Shown: piece after piece, positions 1 through 12,454 of the stretch
How the letters are laid out: every line of letters begins with the position of its first letter
Numbering within the stretch: the first letter of the stretch is position 1
Source: Macrostomum hystrix
Lineage: Eukaryota > Animalia > Platyhelminthes
Length of the DNA stretch: 64,000 nucleotides
Assembly (NCBI GenBank): GCA_950097015.1
Contig: CATNEN010000032.1
Location: 2,418,001 to 2,482,000, forward strand
Direction: 5' to 3'
The notes under the pieces: generated by a model
Databases searched by the model: none
The model's input: the letters and a program-made list of their open reading frames with translations, nothing else
What the model was told of the DNA's origin: nothing
Position numbers and translations under genes: made by a program

Positions 1-285
1 GATCATCGAGGTGACGACCAGCGGCAGGATCACCATCTGCAGCATTCTGAGCAGCAGTTCGCCAGGGAACTTGTAGTAGGCGAGCTCTCTGGCCGTCCAG
101 ACAGGCTTGGCGTAGCGCAAGCCGACTCCCAGGCCGATGCCAACCGCCACGCCAAGGATGAGGCAGAGCACGAACACGTTTCGCCTGAGGAAGTCGCGAC
201 AGCAGCCGGGGGAGCAGGACGGAGGTCTGGCGCAGCGGCCGGACCTGCGACCGGAGCGGAGGCTCTGGCTGGAGGTTGACGGCAT
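1..285 (-). CDS. SLC1A-family (EAAT) glutamate/neutral amino-acid transporter, first coding exon, truncated by window edge
   Basis: ATG at 285 with an in-frame stop upstream. Translation MPSTSSQ...RNVFVLCLILGVAVGIGLG...YYKFPGELLLRMLQMVILPLVVTSMI matches the EAAT TM1-TM2 signature FPGELLMRMLQMLxLPL. Not in the ORF track. Confidence 0.9.
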   Translation of the reverse strand, partial: MPSTSSQSLRSGRRSGRCARPPSCSPGCCRDFLRRNVFVLCLILGVAVGIGLGVGLRYAKPVWTARELAYYKFPGELLLRMLQMVILPLVVTSMI

Positions 286-329
286 CCTTCGTTGATCTGC
301 GGGCAGACGTCAGGATGGTAGCTGTATGA

Positions 330-790
330 TAAGGTAGAGGGGAGAGGAAACCGGTGGTGGAGGGGAGAGGATGGAGGTAGTGAAGAGGAGAGGAAACCGG
401 TGGTGAAGGGGAGAGGAAACCGGTGGTGGAGAGGAGAGGAAACCGGTGGTGGAGGGGAGAGGATGGAGGTAGTGAAGAGGAGAGGAAACCGGTGGTGGAG
501 GGGAGAGGAAACCGGTGGTGGAGGGGAGAGGAAACCGGTGGTGGAGGGGAGAGGATGGAGGTGGTAGAGGGGAGAGGAAAGAGGTGGTAGAGGGGAGAGG
601 AAAGAGGTGGTAGAGGGGAGAGGAAAGCAGTGGTAGAAGAGGAGAGGAAAGAGGTGGTAGAAGGGAGAGGAAAGCAGTGGTAGAAGAGGAGAGGAAGAGG
701 TGGTAGAAGGGAGAGGAAAGCAGTGGTAGAGGGCAGAAGAAAGAGGTGGTGGAGGGGAGAGGAAAGGATGAAAGGTGGAGGATAGGATGA
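330..790. repeat. GA-rich degenerate minisatellite (GGTGGAGGGGAGAGGAAA-like)
   Basis: Repeating ggtgg(a/t)g(a/g)ggagaggaaa units directly upstream of the SLC1A exon. Confidence 0.9.
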
Positions 791-1496
791 GAAAATGTCT
801 GCCTTAGACTCTGTTTAGGTTCTCAAAATGGCACTAAGAAGCTATGCCATGCCTACCTGTGTGCAGTTGTGTTCCTAGTTTTCCTAGTTAGTCAGGTTTG
901 ACCTCTGCTACTGCTGTTGCTGCTGTTGCTGCTGTTGTTGTTGCTTGTGCTTCGTTAATTTAGCAGAAAATTTGTTGCTAATTGAAGCAGCATAGGAACT
1001 TGCGGCAATATTAATGAGTTGCAGTGTTGGTATAAGGCCAAGGCTTTGGGTGCTTTTGTGAAAAATCATTCCAACTGAACAACAATGAGAAGGTCGACAG
1101 GGAGTGGAGGTGGGGGCAGTGGGGTTGGCGCCAGACCGAGCAGCATGCAAACACTGTCTGCTCGTTATTTGCCGAGTGTCCGGCCCATTGACTGGCAGCT
1201 CGCTGCTGCTGCTGTTGCTGCAGATCGCAGTTTGATAAAAGATGGACTTGAAAAAATAGTAAATTTTAGCATCAGGGACTCTTCCGAGCTTTTTCCAAGA
1301 CTTTCGCGTGTTTACTCATTTAGGTAGAGTCTGGCAAATAGAGCAAAGGAGAGAGGAAATTATGAAAAGTGCCAAGAGAATAAATGGAGATAAATGAGAC
1401 CAGGAGACTAGGCGAAAGTTATTGAACGACTTAAATTCTCCTTTCAACAAAATGTTACATTGTGTCTTAATGATAAAAAAATAATTTTTTTACTTA

Positions 1497-1795
1497 TAGG
1501 AGGGCTGCGGGCAGTGGCACACCATTTGGTGACACTAGACCCGCAGCCAGCCAGGAGGCAATTCTGCCCATTCCGCTGACTCCTGAGCACACACGCTCAC
1601 AGATACTGTACGCTGGCACACGCTCACACAGGCGTGTACATCTGCCCTGACTTTCTCATCGTCAGGCAGTGTACATTTAACTGCGCCTTGGAGGTCGGCC
1701 CTCAAGGGCGCGAATTGCACGACAAGCCCCCAAGCCGCGGAATCGAGCTCAGGACCTTGGCGCGAGAGGCAAACGCGTTAGATCGCTCTGCCCCT
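1497..1795 (-). mobile_element. tRNA-derived SINE copy 1 (internal deletion after B box)
   Basis: Minus strand reads GGCAGAGCGATCTAACGCG (A-box-like) ... GCTCGATTCC (B-box-like). Body is shared with copies near 15.9, 24.5, 56.1 and 57.0 kb. Confidence 0.8.
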
Positions 1796-2227
1796 CACCC
1801 CCTATATATATTGCATCTTATAAAGTATTTATTACTTTATAGGTCAATTGCTTGAGAGATATAAATGCTTTGGTATAGCGCACTAGAATATAATAAATAC
1901 ATTAATTTCACAGCCATTGTAATCTCTATTTGTGAAGCTCAGCAAAGTGAGTCATGTCTCGCCGGATGAAAACTGTATCCATCGTGTTTAGCCGACTATA
2001 TTTAACAATTTGTGCACTTTGAGAACACCTGAATATATTGCTGCAAAGCTAAACTAGGCCCTAGGCTGGTGCTGCACCATCAGATTGCTATCTGCAACCG
2101 AGAATTTAAATTTGCTTTCATTTTTCTACGCATTTTGTTCTGTGCCTGTGAGTGACTGCGTCTTCTCTGTCTGTGGCTTTCTGAGACGGGTTACTTTCAG
2201 GTATATAAGCTTGCAAAGAGTGCAGAG

Positions 2228-2625
2228 CTTTGTGTGGGTTCCCAGATTGGGTTCCAGAGCATCATGTGGGTTCCCAGATTGGGTTCCAGAGCATCAATTG
2301 GGTTCCCAGAGTGGGTTCCAGAGCCTTCATGATGGTTTCGAGATGGGTTCCAGAGCTTGATGTGGGTTCCAGAGCTTCATGTGGGTTCCAGAGCTTCATG
2401 TGGGTTCCAGAGCTTGATGTGGGTTCCAGAGCTTCATGTGGATTACAGAGCTTCATGTGGGTTCCAGAGCTTGATGTGGGTTCCAGAGCTTCATGTGGGT
2501 TCCAGAGCTTGATGTGGGTTCCCAGAGTGGGTTTCAGAGCCTTCATGATGGTTCCCAGAGTGGGTTCCAGAGCCTTCATGATGGTTCCCAGAGTGGGTTT
2601 CAGAGCCTTCATGTGGGTTCCGAGA
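2228..2625. repeat. ~19-20-bp minisatellite (GTGGGTTCCAGAGCTTCAT)
   Basis: Visible tandem units; explains ORFs 2230..2628 and 2262..2612. Confidence 0.9.
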
Positions 2626-3250
2626 TAAGTTTCAGTGGATTTTCAGTCTAGTAAATGATTTCAGAGAATCAAGCAAGATGCATTGCAACACTGAAACTGA
2701 CAGCCCTTTATCGAGTGAATAATTAGGTTTCACAAAGATTATAGGAGAATGTACCTCGTATTTATCAGAGAAAGTCAATTTCGAAGATACAGAAAAAAAT
2801 TCACGTAGGCGACAACGCGAGTTCGCATTTTGAGATGCTATCGCAAAGTAAACAATAATTTGTCGCCAGTCCAACTGTAAGTAGCAGAGTCGGAAAGTTT
2901 ATTGCTAGAGAGAATAAATTATAGCAGCTATAAAACTTGACTGCTAAATATAACAAAAAACAGCTAAAAATGCTCAGTGACTGAACATCTGAGCTTGAGT
3001 AGGTGCGAACATTCTTCAGGGCAATCGTTAAATATTTAGCTATATAATACGAAATACCAACCATAATGGGGAGTTACAATAGCAGCAACTTATATAACTT
3101 GAGTAGGGAACGAATAATTGAGCACATTTAGTAGCGTCTGTTGAACTTTGTGGAGTCATGTATTACTCAGGAATTCAGAAATAAACTAGTTATTACGTTT
3201 TTGTACAACACGTCAGCGAAGCTTGTCAATAGACCAACAAATGGCAGTTT

Positions 3251-6200
3251 CTATTTGTCAGAATCCTTAGGCCCACTCGAACCCTTGACCTCCACCGCGC
3301 TTCCACCTTCTTCCGGTTTCTTAGCCTCATCCGCCTTGGCAGCTTCCGGTTTCTTAGCCTCATCTGTCTTGGCAGCTTCCGGTTTCTTAGCCTCATCCGC
3401 CTTGGCAGCTTCCGGTTTCTTAGCCTCATCTGTCTTGGCAGCTTCCGGTTTCTTAGCCTCATCTGTCTTGGCAGCTTCCGGTTTCTTAGCCTCATCTGTC
3501 TTGGCAGCTTCCGGTTTTTTAGCCTCACCCGCCTTGGCAGCTTCCGGTTTCTTAGCCTCATCTGTCTTGGCAGCTTCCGGTTTCTTAGCCTCATCTGTCT
3601 TGGCAGCTTCCGGTTTCTTAGCCTCATCTGTCTTGGCAGCTTCCGGTTTTTTAGCCTCATCCGCCTTGGCAGCTTCCGGTTTCTTAGCCTCATCTGTCTT
3701 GGCAGCTTCCGGTTTCTTAGCCTCATCTGTCTTGGCAGCTTCCGGTTTTTTAGCCTCATCCGCCTTGGCAGCTTCCGGTTTCTTAGCCTCATCTGTCTTG
3801 GCAGCTTCCGGTTTCTTAGCCTCATCTGTCTTGGCAGCTTCCGGTTTCTTAGCCTCATCTGTCTTGGCAGCTTCCGGTTTTTTAGCCTCACCCGCCTTGG
3901 CAGCTTCCGGTTTCTTAGCCTCATCTGTCTTGGCAGCTTCCGGTTTCTTAGCCTCACCCGCCTTGGCAGCTTCCGGTTTCTTAGCCTCATCCGCCTTGGC
4001 AGCTTCCGGTTTCTTAGCCTCACCCGCCTTGGCAGCTTCCGGTTTCTTAGCCTCATCCGTCTTGGCAGCTTCCGGTTTTTTAGCCTCACCCGCCTGGGCA
4101 GCTTCCGGTTTCTTAGCCTCATCCGTCTTGGCAGCTTCCGGTTTTTTCGCCTCATCCGTCTTGGCAGCTTCCGACGTCGACGCTTCTGGTTTCTTCGCTG
4201 CGTCTGTCTTGGCCGCATCCGGTTCAATCAAGGCGCCGGCCTCCGCCGCCTCACCAGCCGCCCCCTGAGCTGCGGTTTCCTCCGTCGCCGGCCGGGCCAC
4301 GGCCAACTCCGACGCCCTCTTGGCGGCCAATCTGGCCAACTTCTCCTCCTCGGCGCGGCGCATCTTCTCGGCTTTCTTGGCCTCCTTTTCCGCCTTTTTA
4401 GCCGCCTTCTCGGCCTCCTTCTTGGCCTTCTCAGCCTCCTTCTTGGCCTTCTCCATCGCCTTCTTGTGCTCCTTGGCCTTCCGCCGTTCCTCAGCCGGTG
4501 AAAGCACGGTGGCCAGCTCCTTCTCATCTTCCTGAACGGCTTCGCCCACGCCGTCACCCCGGCTGGTCAGCGGCGTCAACTCTAGGCCCGCAGCCTCGTC
4601 CGTCTCTTCGTCGATGACCTCCAGAGAGGCGCCGGATCTTCCGCCGTCGATCACCAGCGGCACCAGCTGAGTTCCGCTGACGCTCGCTTTGGTTCCGTCA
4701 TTGCCAGCGTCAACGACATCGACTCCGGCCGGCTGGTCGGTCTCGCCGTCGGCTGTAACAACGGCCTCGTCGTCCATGTCGCATTCTCCCGCCTCCAAGT
4801 CGGCGTCGCCGCGGCCAGACTCATTGATGCGCTGCAGCTGCTGGCAGAACAGGATCCCGATGGTGACGCAGAGCAGGAGCAGCAGAATGCAGATCACAGC
4901 CCGGTAGCCGTTCAGATTTTCAGGCGAAGCGGCCTCGGAAGGCCTTGTCGTTGTTGTTGTCATCCGCGATGCTGTTGTTGATGTTTCGGGTGTTGTTGTC
5001 GTTTGTACAGTTGATGTTTCCGGTGTTGTTGTCGTTTGTACAGTTGATGTTTCCGGTGTTGTTGTCGTTTGTACAGTTGATTTTTCCGGTGTTGTTGTCG
5101 TTTGTACAGTTGATGTTTCCGGTGTTGTTGTCGTTTGTACAGTTGATGTTTCCGGTGTTTTTGTCGTTTGCACAGTTGATGTTTCCGGTGTTTTTGCCGT
5201 TTGTACAGTTGATGTTTCCGGTGTTGTTGTCGTTTGTACAGTTGATGTTTCCAGTATTGTTGTCGTTTGTGCAGCTCCATCTGCTTCCAGGATATTCGAT
5301 GATGTAGTTGAATTTTTATCTGTTGGTAGAAGCGATAGTGGCTTTTATACAAAAATTGCATTTTTTTCTCCACTTGTGTTGTTGATGGATTGTAAAGTTA
5401 GCAAGTACTCAAAATTAAAATTAAGTTTTAATTAGGAAAAAAGCAATTAAAATAAATTATCACATGGCTGACAAAGCCAATGAACTTGACCTTGAGAACT
5501 TGAGGCTTTAGATGGTGTTGTGTCATTGTGCAGTGTCTTGGCTTTAGCTGTACTCTATTTTGTGATGCGGTGTTTTGGGTTGAAATCGTTTTGTCAGGAC
5601 TTGGAACATGGCAGATGCACTTTCTGTGTCTGTCAGTTGTACGTTAACATTGTAGTAAGCACAATGAGTATTATCAATTCGTATCTACAAGTAAAGATGT
5701 CAAGTAATTATTATGAGTGGCTTCTTGTGAGAAGTGGCTTACCTTGCGACTCGAAAGCAGATTTTGATGTTGTCTGAATACTCAAGGTTGAAGATGCATT
5801 GTGTGGAGAAGCACCTGTGTCATCGGGAAATATGTTTTAACAATTTAGACATTGTCACATTATGCGCAAAAACATCACAGCCTCCCCAATAATACCACAG
5901 CCTCCCCAATAATACCACAGCCTCCCCAATAATACCACAGTCTGCCCAATGATACCACAGTCTCCCCAATAATACCACAGCCTCCCCAATAATACCACAG
6001 TCTCCCCAATAATACCACAGCCTCCCCAATAATACCACAGCCTCCCCAATAATACCACAGCCTCCCCAATAATACCACAGCCTCCCCAATAATACCACAG
6101 CCTCCCCAATAATACCACAGCCTCCCCAATAATACCACAGCCTCCCCAATAATACCACAGCCTCCCCAATAATACCACAGCCTCCCCAATAATACCACAG

Positions 6201-7238
6201 CCTCCCCAATAATACCACAGACTGCCCAATGATACCACAGCCTCCCCAATGATACCACAGCCTCCCCAATGATACCACAGCCTCCCCAATAATACCACAG
6301 ACTGCCCAATGATACCACAGCCTCCCCAATGATACCACAGCCTCCCCAATAATACCACAGCCTCCCCAATAATACCACAGCCTCCCCAATGATACCACAG
6401 CCTCCCCAATGATACCACAGCCTCCCCAATAATACCACAGCCTCCCCAATAATACCACAGCCTCCCCAATAATACCACAGACTGCCCAATGATACCACAG
6501 CCTCCCCAATGATACCACAGCCTCCCCAATGATACCACAGCCTCCCCAATGATACCACAGCCTCCCCAATAATACCACAGCCTCCCCAATAATACCACAG
6601 CCTCCCCAATAATACCACAGTCTCCCCAATAATACCACAGCCTCCCCAATAATACCACAGACTGCCCAATGATACCACAGCCTCTAAAATGATTCCACAG
6701 CCTCCCCAATGATACCACAGCCTCCCCAATAATACCACAGTCTCCCCAATAATACCACAGCCTCCCCAATAATACCACAGACTGCCCAATGATACCACAG
6801 CCTCCCCAATGATACCACAGTCTCCCCAATAATATCACAGCCTCCCCAATAATACCACAGCCTCCCCAATAATACCACAGCCTCCCCAATAATACCACAG
6901 CCTCCCCAATAATACCACAGCCTCCCCAATAATACCACAGCCTCCCCAATAATACCACAGCCTCCCCAATAATACCACAGCCTCCCCAATAATACCACAG
7001 CCTCCCCAATAATACCACAGCCTCCCCAATAATACCACAGCCTCCCCAATAATACCACAGCCTCTCAAATGATTCCACAGCCTCCCCAATGATACCACTA
7101 CAAAGAGTGCAATGCCAAGCTTAAAAAATAATAAATCAATGCCTGCTTTGACTCACTTCCAACAGCTTTTGCCAGCAAAGTCGAGGTCGTCAGCAATATG
7201 ATGATGGCCGCATGCCGGCGAAATATTCTCGAAGTCAT
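3251..7238 (-). CDS. Uncharacterised type-I membrane mucin-like protein: signal peptide, Thr-rich 11-aa repeats, one TM helix, cytoplasmic K/E/A-rich 11-aa repeats
   Basis: Phase-consistent exons: 7238-7157 (MTSRIFRRHAAIIILLTTSTLLAKAVG, donor GTGAGT), 5814-5743 (donor GTAAGC), a possible small exon near 5550-5490, and 5319-3251 (acceptor CCAACAG). Contains TTTTPETSTVQ x~9, TM AVICILLLLLCVTIGILFC, and AKKPEAAKTDE x~25. Confidence 0.7.
3305..4145 (-). repeat. Coding 33-bp tandem repeat (AKKPEAAKTDE)
   Basis: 33-bp period, in frame within ORF 3251..5173. Confidence 0.9.
5872..7098. repeat. 20-bp minisatellite (ATACCACAGCCTCCCCAATA) in intron 1 of the mucin-like gene
   Basis: ~60 near-identical units; explains the WYYWGGCG ORFs. 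Confidence 0.97.
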
Positions 7239-7944
7239 ACGGACTCTGTCAAGATGCTCACCGATTGCAAACTAAAGATGTTGTTCTGTTTCAGTTAGAA
7301 AAGTGAAACGCTGTGACAATTTAAGATTTTGACACAGGTTGGGCGTCAGCTATAAGTATTCGTTGAAACTATTTTGTCGGATTTACATTTGACAGGAGAG
7401 CTGGACTGTGCTGTGTGTGCGTGTGCGTGTGAAGTTTTCAGGTCCAATGAAGTTTTCAGCAAAACGTAAACACAGCATGAAATGGCACAGGACACAGGAC
7501 AAGGCATTCTAGAAATTCTAGGAAAATAAGCCTAATTTTAAGATTTCACGCCAATAAACATGATTAATTTAGTGTCTAAAACTAGCAACTTGCCACAGTT
7601 CGGGAAATTGTTGATTCTGCATTCGGACACGCATTGCCCATCTGAACACTGCACTGATTTGTTAGTCGGCTAAGGGCTAATTTCCTTCCACCTAAGCGGA
7701 TGTTAATAGTGACAATTTTGCATTATCCATGCGGACTGTCAAGGAAATTAAATTCGTGTCTTCATTTTTGTCTCCCGAGTTCATGGGCACAATATGGTAT
7801 TCTTTCTCTTAATAACTGCAGGTTTAGTTTGCGATTTCAGCAATAACAGGTTTATCTAAAGCTGTTAATTTTTAACGCAGTTAGTTACAGCATTTGATCT
7901 GCAGTCTGTGATGTCTTAGTTTTAGGCATACTACTAGCAGTTTT

Positions 7945-9390
7945 CTGTCTCATCTCAGCCCTCAGCTGTTATGGTGTCTCATCTCACCCCTGTCTCATCT
8001 CACCCCTGTCTCATCTCACCCCTGTCTCATCTCACCCCTGTCTCATCTCACCCCTGTCTCATCTCACCCCTGTCTCATCTCACCCCTGTCTCATCTCACC
8101 ACTGTCTCATCTCACCCCTGTCTCATCTCACCTCGTGTCTCACCTCACTCCTGTCTCATCTCTCCCATTGTCTCATCTCTCCCTAGTCTCATCTCACCCC
8201 TGTCTCATCTCAACCCTGTCTCATCTCACCCCTGTCTCATCTCACCCCTGTCTCATCTCACCCCTGTCTCATCTCACCCCTGTCTCATCTCACCCCTGTC
8301 TCATCTCACCCCTGTCTCATCTCACCACTGTCTCATCTCACCCCTGTCTCATCTCACCTCGTGTCTCACCTCACTCCTGTCTCATCTCTCCCATTGTCTC
8401 ATCTCTCCCTAGTCTCATCTCACCCCTGTCTCATCTCAACCCTGTCTCATCTCACCCCAGTCTCATCTCTCCCCTGTCTCATCTCACCCCTGTCTCATCT
8501 CACCCCTGTCTCATCTCACCTCGTGTCTCACCTCACTCCTGTCTCATCTCTCCCATTGTCTCATCTCTCCCTAGTCTCATCTCACCCCTGTCTCGTCTCA
8601 CCCCTGTCTCATCTCACCCCTGTCTCATCTCACCACTGTCTCATCTCACCCCTGTCTCATCTCACCTCGTGTCTCACCTCACTCCTGTCTCATCTCTCCC
8701 ATTGTCTCATCTCTCCCTAGTCTCATCTCACCCCTGTCTCATCTCACCCCTGTCTCATCTCACCCCTGTCTCATCTCTCCCCTGTCTCATCTCACCACTA
8801 TCTCATCTCACCCCTGTCTCATCTCACCCCAGTCTCATCTCAACCCTGTCTCATCTCACCCCTGTCTCATCTCACCTCGTGTCTCACCTCACTCCTGTCT
8901 CATCTCTCCCATTGTCTCATCTCTCCCTAGTCTCATCTCACCCCTGTCTCATCTCACCCCTGTCTCATCTCAACCCTGTCTCATCTCAACCCAATCTCAT
9001 CTCACCCCTGTCTCATCTCAACCCTGTCTCATCTCACCCCAGTCTCATCTTAACCCTGTCTCATCTCACCCCTGTCTCATCTCACCTTGTGTCTCACCTC
9101 ATTCCTGTCTCATCTCTCCCATTGTCTCATCTCTCCCTAGTCTCATCTCACCCCTGTCTCATCTCACCCCTGTCTCATCTCAACCCTGTCTCATCTCAAC
9201 CCTGTCTCATCTCAACCCTGTCTCATCTCAACCCTGTCTCATCTCACCCCTGTCTCATCTCAACCATGTCTCATCTCACCCCAGTCTCATCTCAACCCTG
9301 TCTCATCTCACCCCTGTCTCATCTCACCCATGTCTCATCTCACCCCTGTCTCATCTCAACCCTGTCTCATCTCACCCCAGTCTCATCTCT
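7945..9390. repeat. 16-bp minisatellite (TGTCTCATCTCACCCC) with higher-order blocks
   Basis: 16-bp period, with a recurring variant block CACCTCGTGTCTCACCTCACTCC. Confidence 0.97.
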
Positions 9391-10807
9391 CCTCACTCCC
9401 ATCGGCCAGCGATGCTCAGGCCAGCCTCATTCAGTCAGTTTAATTTACGTAGTTTCAGGAAAAACTGTTGAGCTTCCCGGCCCACGCAGGCCATTTATCG
9501 ATCGGTCAGCAGTCGTGGACTGGGCTCTGCGACTGAAAGCAGATGGCAGCTTGATCTAAGGCTGCTTTCGCATGCAGTGAGCAAGATTTGTCTTTTGTTC
9601 AGCATTTCAATTGGCACTCATCAACAACTCAGAATCGGTGTGCTCAGGCCTCAAACACCTCGCTGTCTGTCTTACACGCCGGCACGCAAGTTTTTAAAGA
9701 GCCCATACGCCTTCTAACCTCATCATTTATTCAACAAGCCGCGTGGGCTCTCCTTAGCCTTGGCTTCATTGTCTCGGTTTGAGCTGCAGCAGGTTAGTCA
9801 CAAGTTTCTCATCTCATTCAAATTTTCACTCGCTCTTCATCTTCCTAGCTTTCCTGGGAATGGCGTCAGGTCCAAAGTTGGATGAGCGAGGGGAGAGAAA
9901 GTTTCCCTGGTCCTTGATCGCCTGCAGGTGGGGATGATAGAAAGAAGATGAAGGCCTGTATGGGATCCAGCCTCTTCAACATCTTTACTCAACATCTCTG
10001 TCTCGCTTGCTCTGTGAGTGGTGTTTTTAGAATGCAGAAGCGAATATTCTGCTGCTGCTGCTGCTGCTGCTGATTTAACAATGGAACAATTAGAGAGTAG
10101 AGAGTTAAAAAATGTTCTTTGATCTGTTTTTCTATTTCTGCTCTTCGAACGAGTTCAGAAACCTTTTGCATAGATGCCATCGATGTCATGCCAAACCATA
10201 TTCAATTGAATTCAATACTGCAAGCGAAGATTCAGTATTGTTTCACGTTGACCCATTTCCGGGCCAACAAGATGTTGTTGTTACTGTTGCTTCCTGCTCT
10301 CTGTTTTTCTTCTTGATCGAAGCCGTCATGCTTCCACAGCTTAATCCGGTTGGTTGGGCATTTTTCAAGTGTGATTTTTGTTCCCCTAAACTGTAAGTGG
10401 AGAGGACTGGATGATGGAACAGGTTAAGTGGATGCGAGTGAGTGAGGGAATGCAGCCCTCAATATCCCAACGATTTGAAGTGTTTGTTTTTTTATAACAA
10501 AAGCACGCGTCAATTTTCTTGAATTGGCCCAGAAATCAACACTTGTTGTCCGCGAACCTGTCTGCGGCCTTTCTGTATTTTTTTATTAAAGAACTCACCG
10601 CCCAACACCTGACGGATTCCCCTAAGGACTGGCGACTTTGGGAGGATTTTAAAACTTTTTTTCTTTGAACTGCTCGCGTTGAGATTAGGACTTAACATTA
10701 GGGTCCGGGTTGAAGCGACTCAATGTGAAAGTGACTCAGCTTTCTACGAAACCCGTCTCAGATTTGCTCATGCGCGACCGCGACAACTGGGTTGCACCGA
10801 CTTGTCT

Positions 10808-11702
10808 TGGGATTCTAATCTCAAATCTGTAGGGATTCTGATCCCAAATCTGTAGGGATTCTGATCCCAAATCTGTAGGGATTCTGATTCCAAATCTGTA
10901 GGGATTCTGATCCCAAATCTGTAGGGATTCTGATTCCAAATCTGTAGGGATTCTGATTCCAAATCTGTAGGGATTCTGATTCCAAATCTGTAAGGATTCT
11001 GATCCCAAATCTGTAGGGATTCTGATCCCAAATCTGTAGGGATTCTGATTCCAAATCTGTAAGGATTCTGATCCCAAATCTGTAGGGATTCTGATCCCAA
11101 ATCTGTAGGGATTCTGATTCCAAATCTGTAGGGATTCTGATCCCAAATCTGTAGGGATTCTGATTCCAAATCTGTAGGGATTCTGATCCCAAATCTGTAG
11201 GGATTCTGATTCCAAATCTGTAGAGATTCTGATCCCAAATCTGTAGGGATTCTGATCCCAAATCTGTAGGGATTCTGATCCCAAATCTGTAGGGATTCTG
11301 ATCCCAAATCTGTAGAGATTCTGATCCCAAATCTGTAGGGATTCTGATCCCAAATCTGTAGGGATTCTGATCCCAAATCTGTAGGGATTCTGATTCCAAA
11401 TCTGTAGGGATTCTGATTCCAAATCTGTAGGGATTCTGATCCCAAATCTGTAGGGATTCTGATTCCAAATCTGTAGGGATTCTGATCCCAAATCTGTAGG
11501 GATTCTGATCCCAAATCTGTAGGGATTCTGATCCCAAATCTGTAGGGATTCTGATCCCAAATCTGTAGGGATTCTGATCCCAAATCTGTAGGGATTCTGA
11601 TCCCAAATCTGTAGGGATTCTGATCCCAAATCTGTAGGGATTCTGATCCCAAATCTGTAGGGATTCTGATCCTAAATCTGTAGGGATTCTGATCCCAAAT
11701 CT
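10808..11702. repeat. 23-bp minisatellite (CTGTAGGGATTCTGATCCCAAAT)
   Basis: ~38 units; each contains the hairpin GGGAT-TCTG-ATCCC. Confidence 0.97.
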
Positions 11703-12454
11703 GAAGCGATTTCCCCCCGAATCTAAATGATTGCTTGTAGTGCTTATGAGTGCATTAGTTTTAGTCCATAAACTGTTAGCAAAACAGCCTAGTAGGCTTG
11801 AAAATTCTGTTTTGCCAATAAGATTTCTAATGCCGTGATAGTTTCGGTTCTGAGACTCAGTCTCCAGGGACCGCAAAGTGTTGAAGCTATTTTCTCCATA
11901 TACATATTCGTGTGATTATTGTATAGTGAGCAGTTAAGATCCCTATAAGGGACTCCCGCGTTATAGAAAATGATTGATTGCATATACGTTGAAACTGTGA
12001 GCAGCCCTTGCGACTTCTCAGTAAATCAAAAACTAACTTTGATGAACCTCATATACTCAGTGGAGCAAAACCTTGTGATGGACCCCAGACTGAATGTATC
12101 TTGAAGACTTTTTCTATTTATTTTTTGTAACGTCTTACAGTCGGGCGATCGAAGCAATTATTTTTGTTTGTCATCTGCTTATTTTTTAATTGACAGTGTC
12201 ACTTTTCCTTTTTCTCTCTTTGTGTGGCTGTTGACGAAAAATCGATAAGTTGCAAATTGGAATTGTCAAGTGAGCGACAGACTTGACTTGAGACAAAGCC
12301 GAAACACTGCTTTGTGTCCAACTTTTTTGCAGGATTCTCACACATTTCATAAAGCTATCTTGAACTCAACAACGACTCACTACAGATTAAACTAAAGTAT
12401 TTCAAGTGGACTGAGAATGATCCTCCTGCCCATGACCCCTATGAACAACCCCTG

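Noticed and set aside
1085-1327. 80-aa plus-strand ORF
   Set aside because: Low complexity, no recognisable domain, lies in the likely SLC1A 5' region
3141-4268. Antisense 375-aa ASGFLASS ORF and the 333-aa Arg-rich frame
   Set aside because: Shadow frames of the 33-bp coding repeat; the 3251..5173 frame has the TM helix and splice support
9400-10810. Exon-like segments with splice-like signals on both strands
   Set aside because: I could not build a phase-consistent chain or recognise any protein motif
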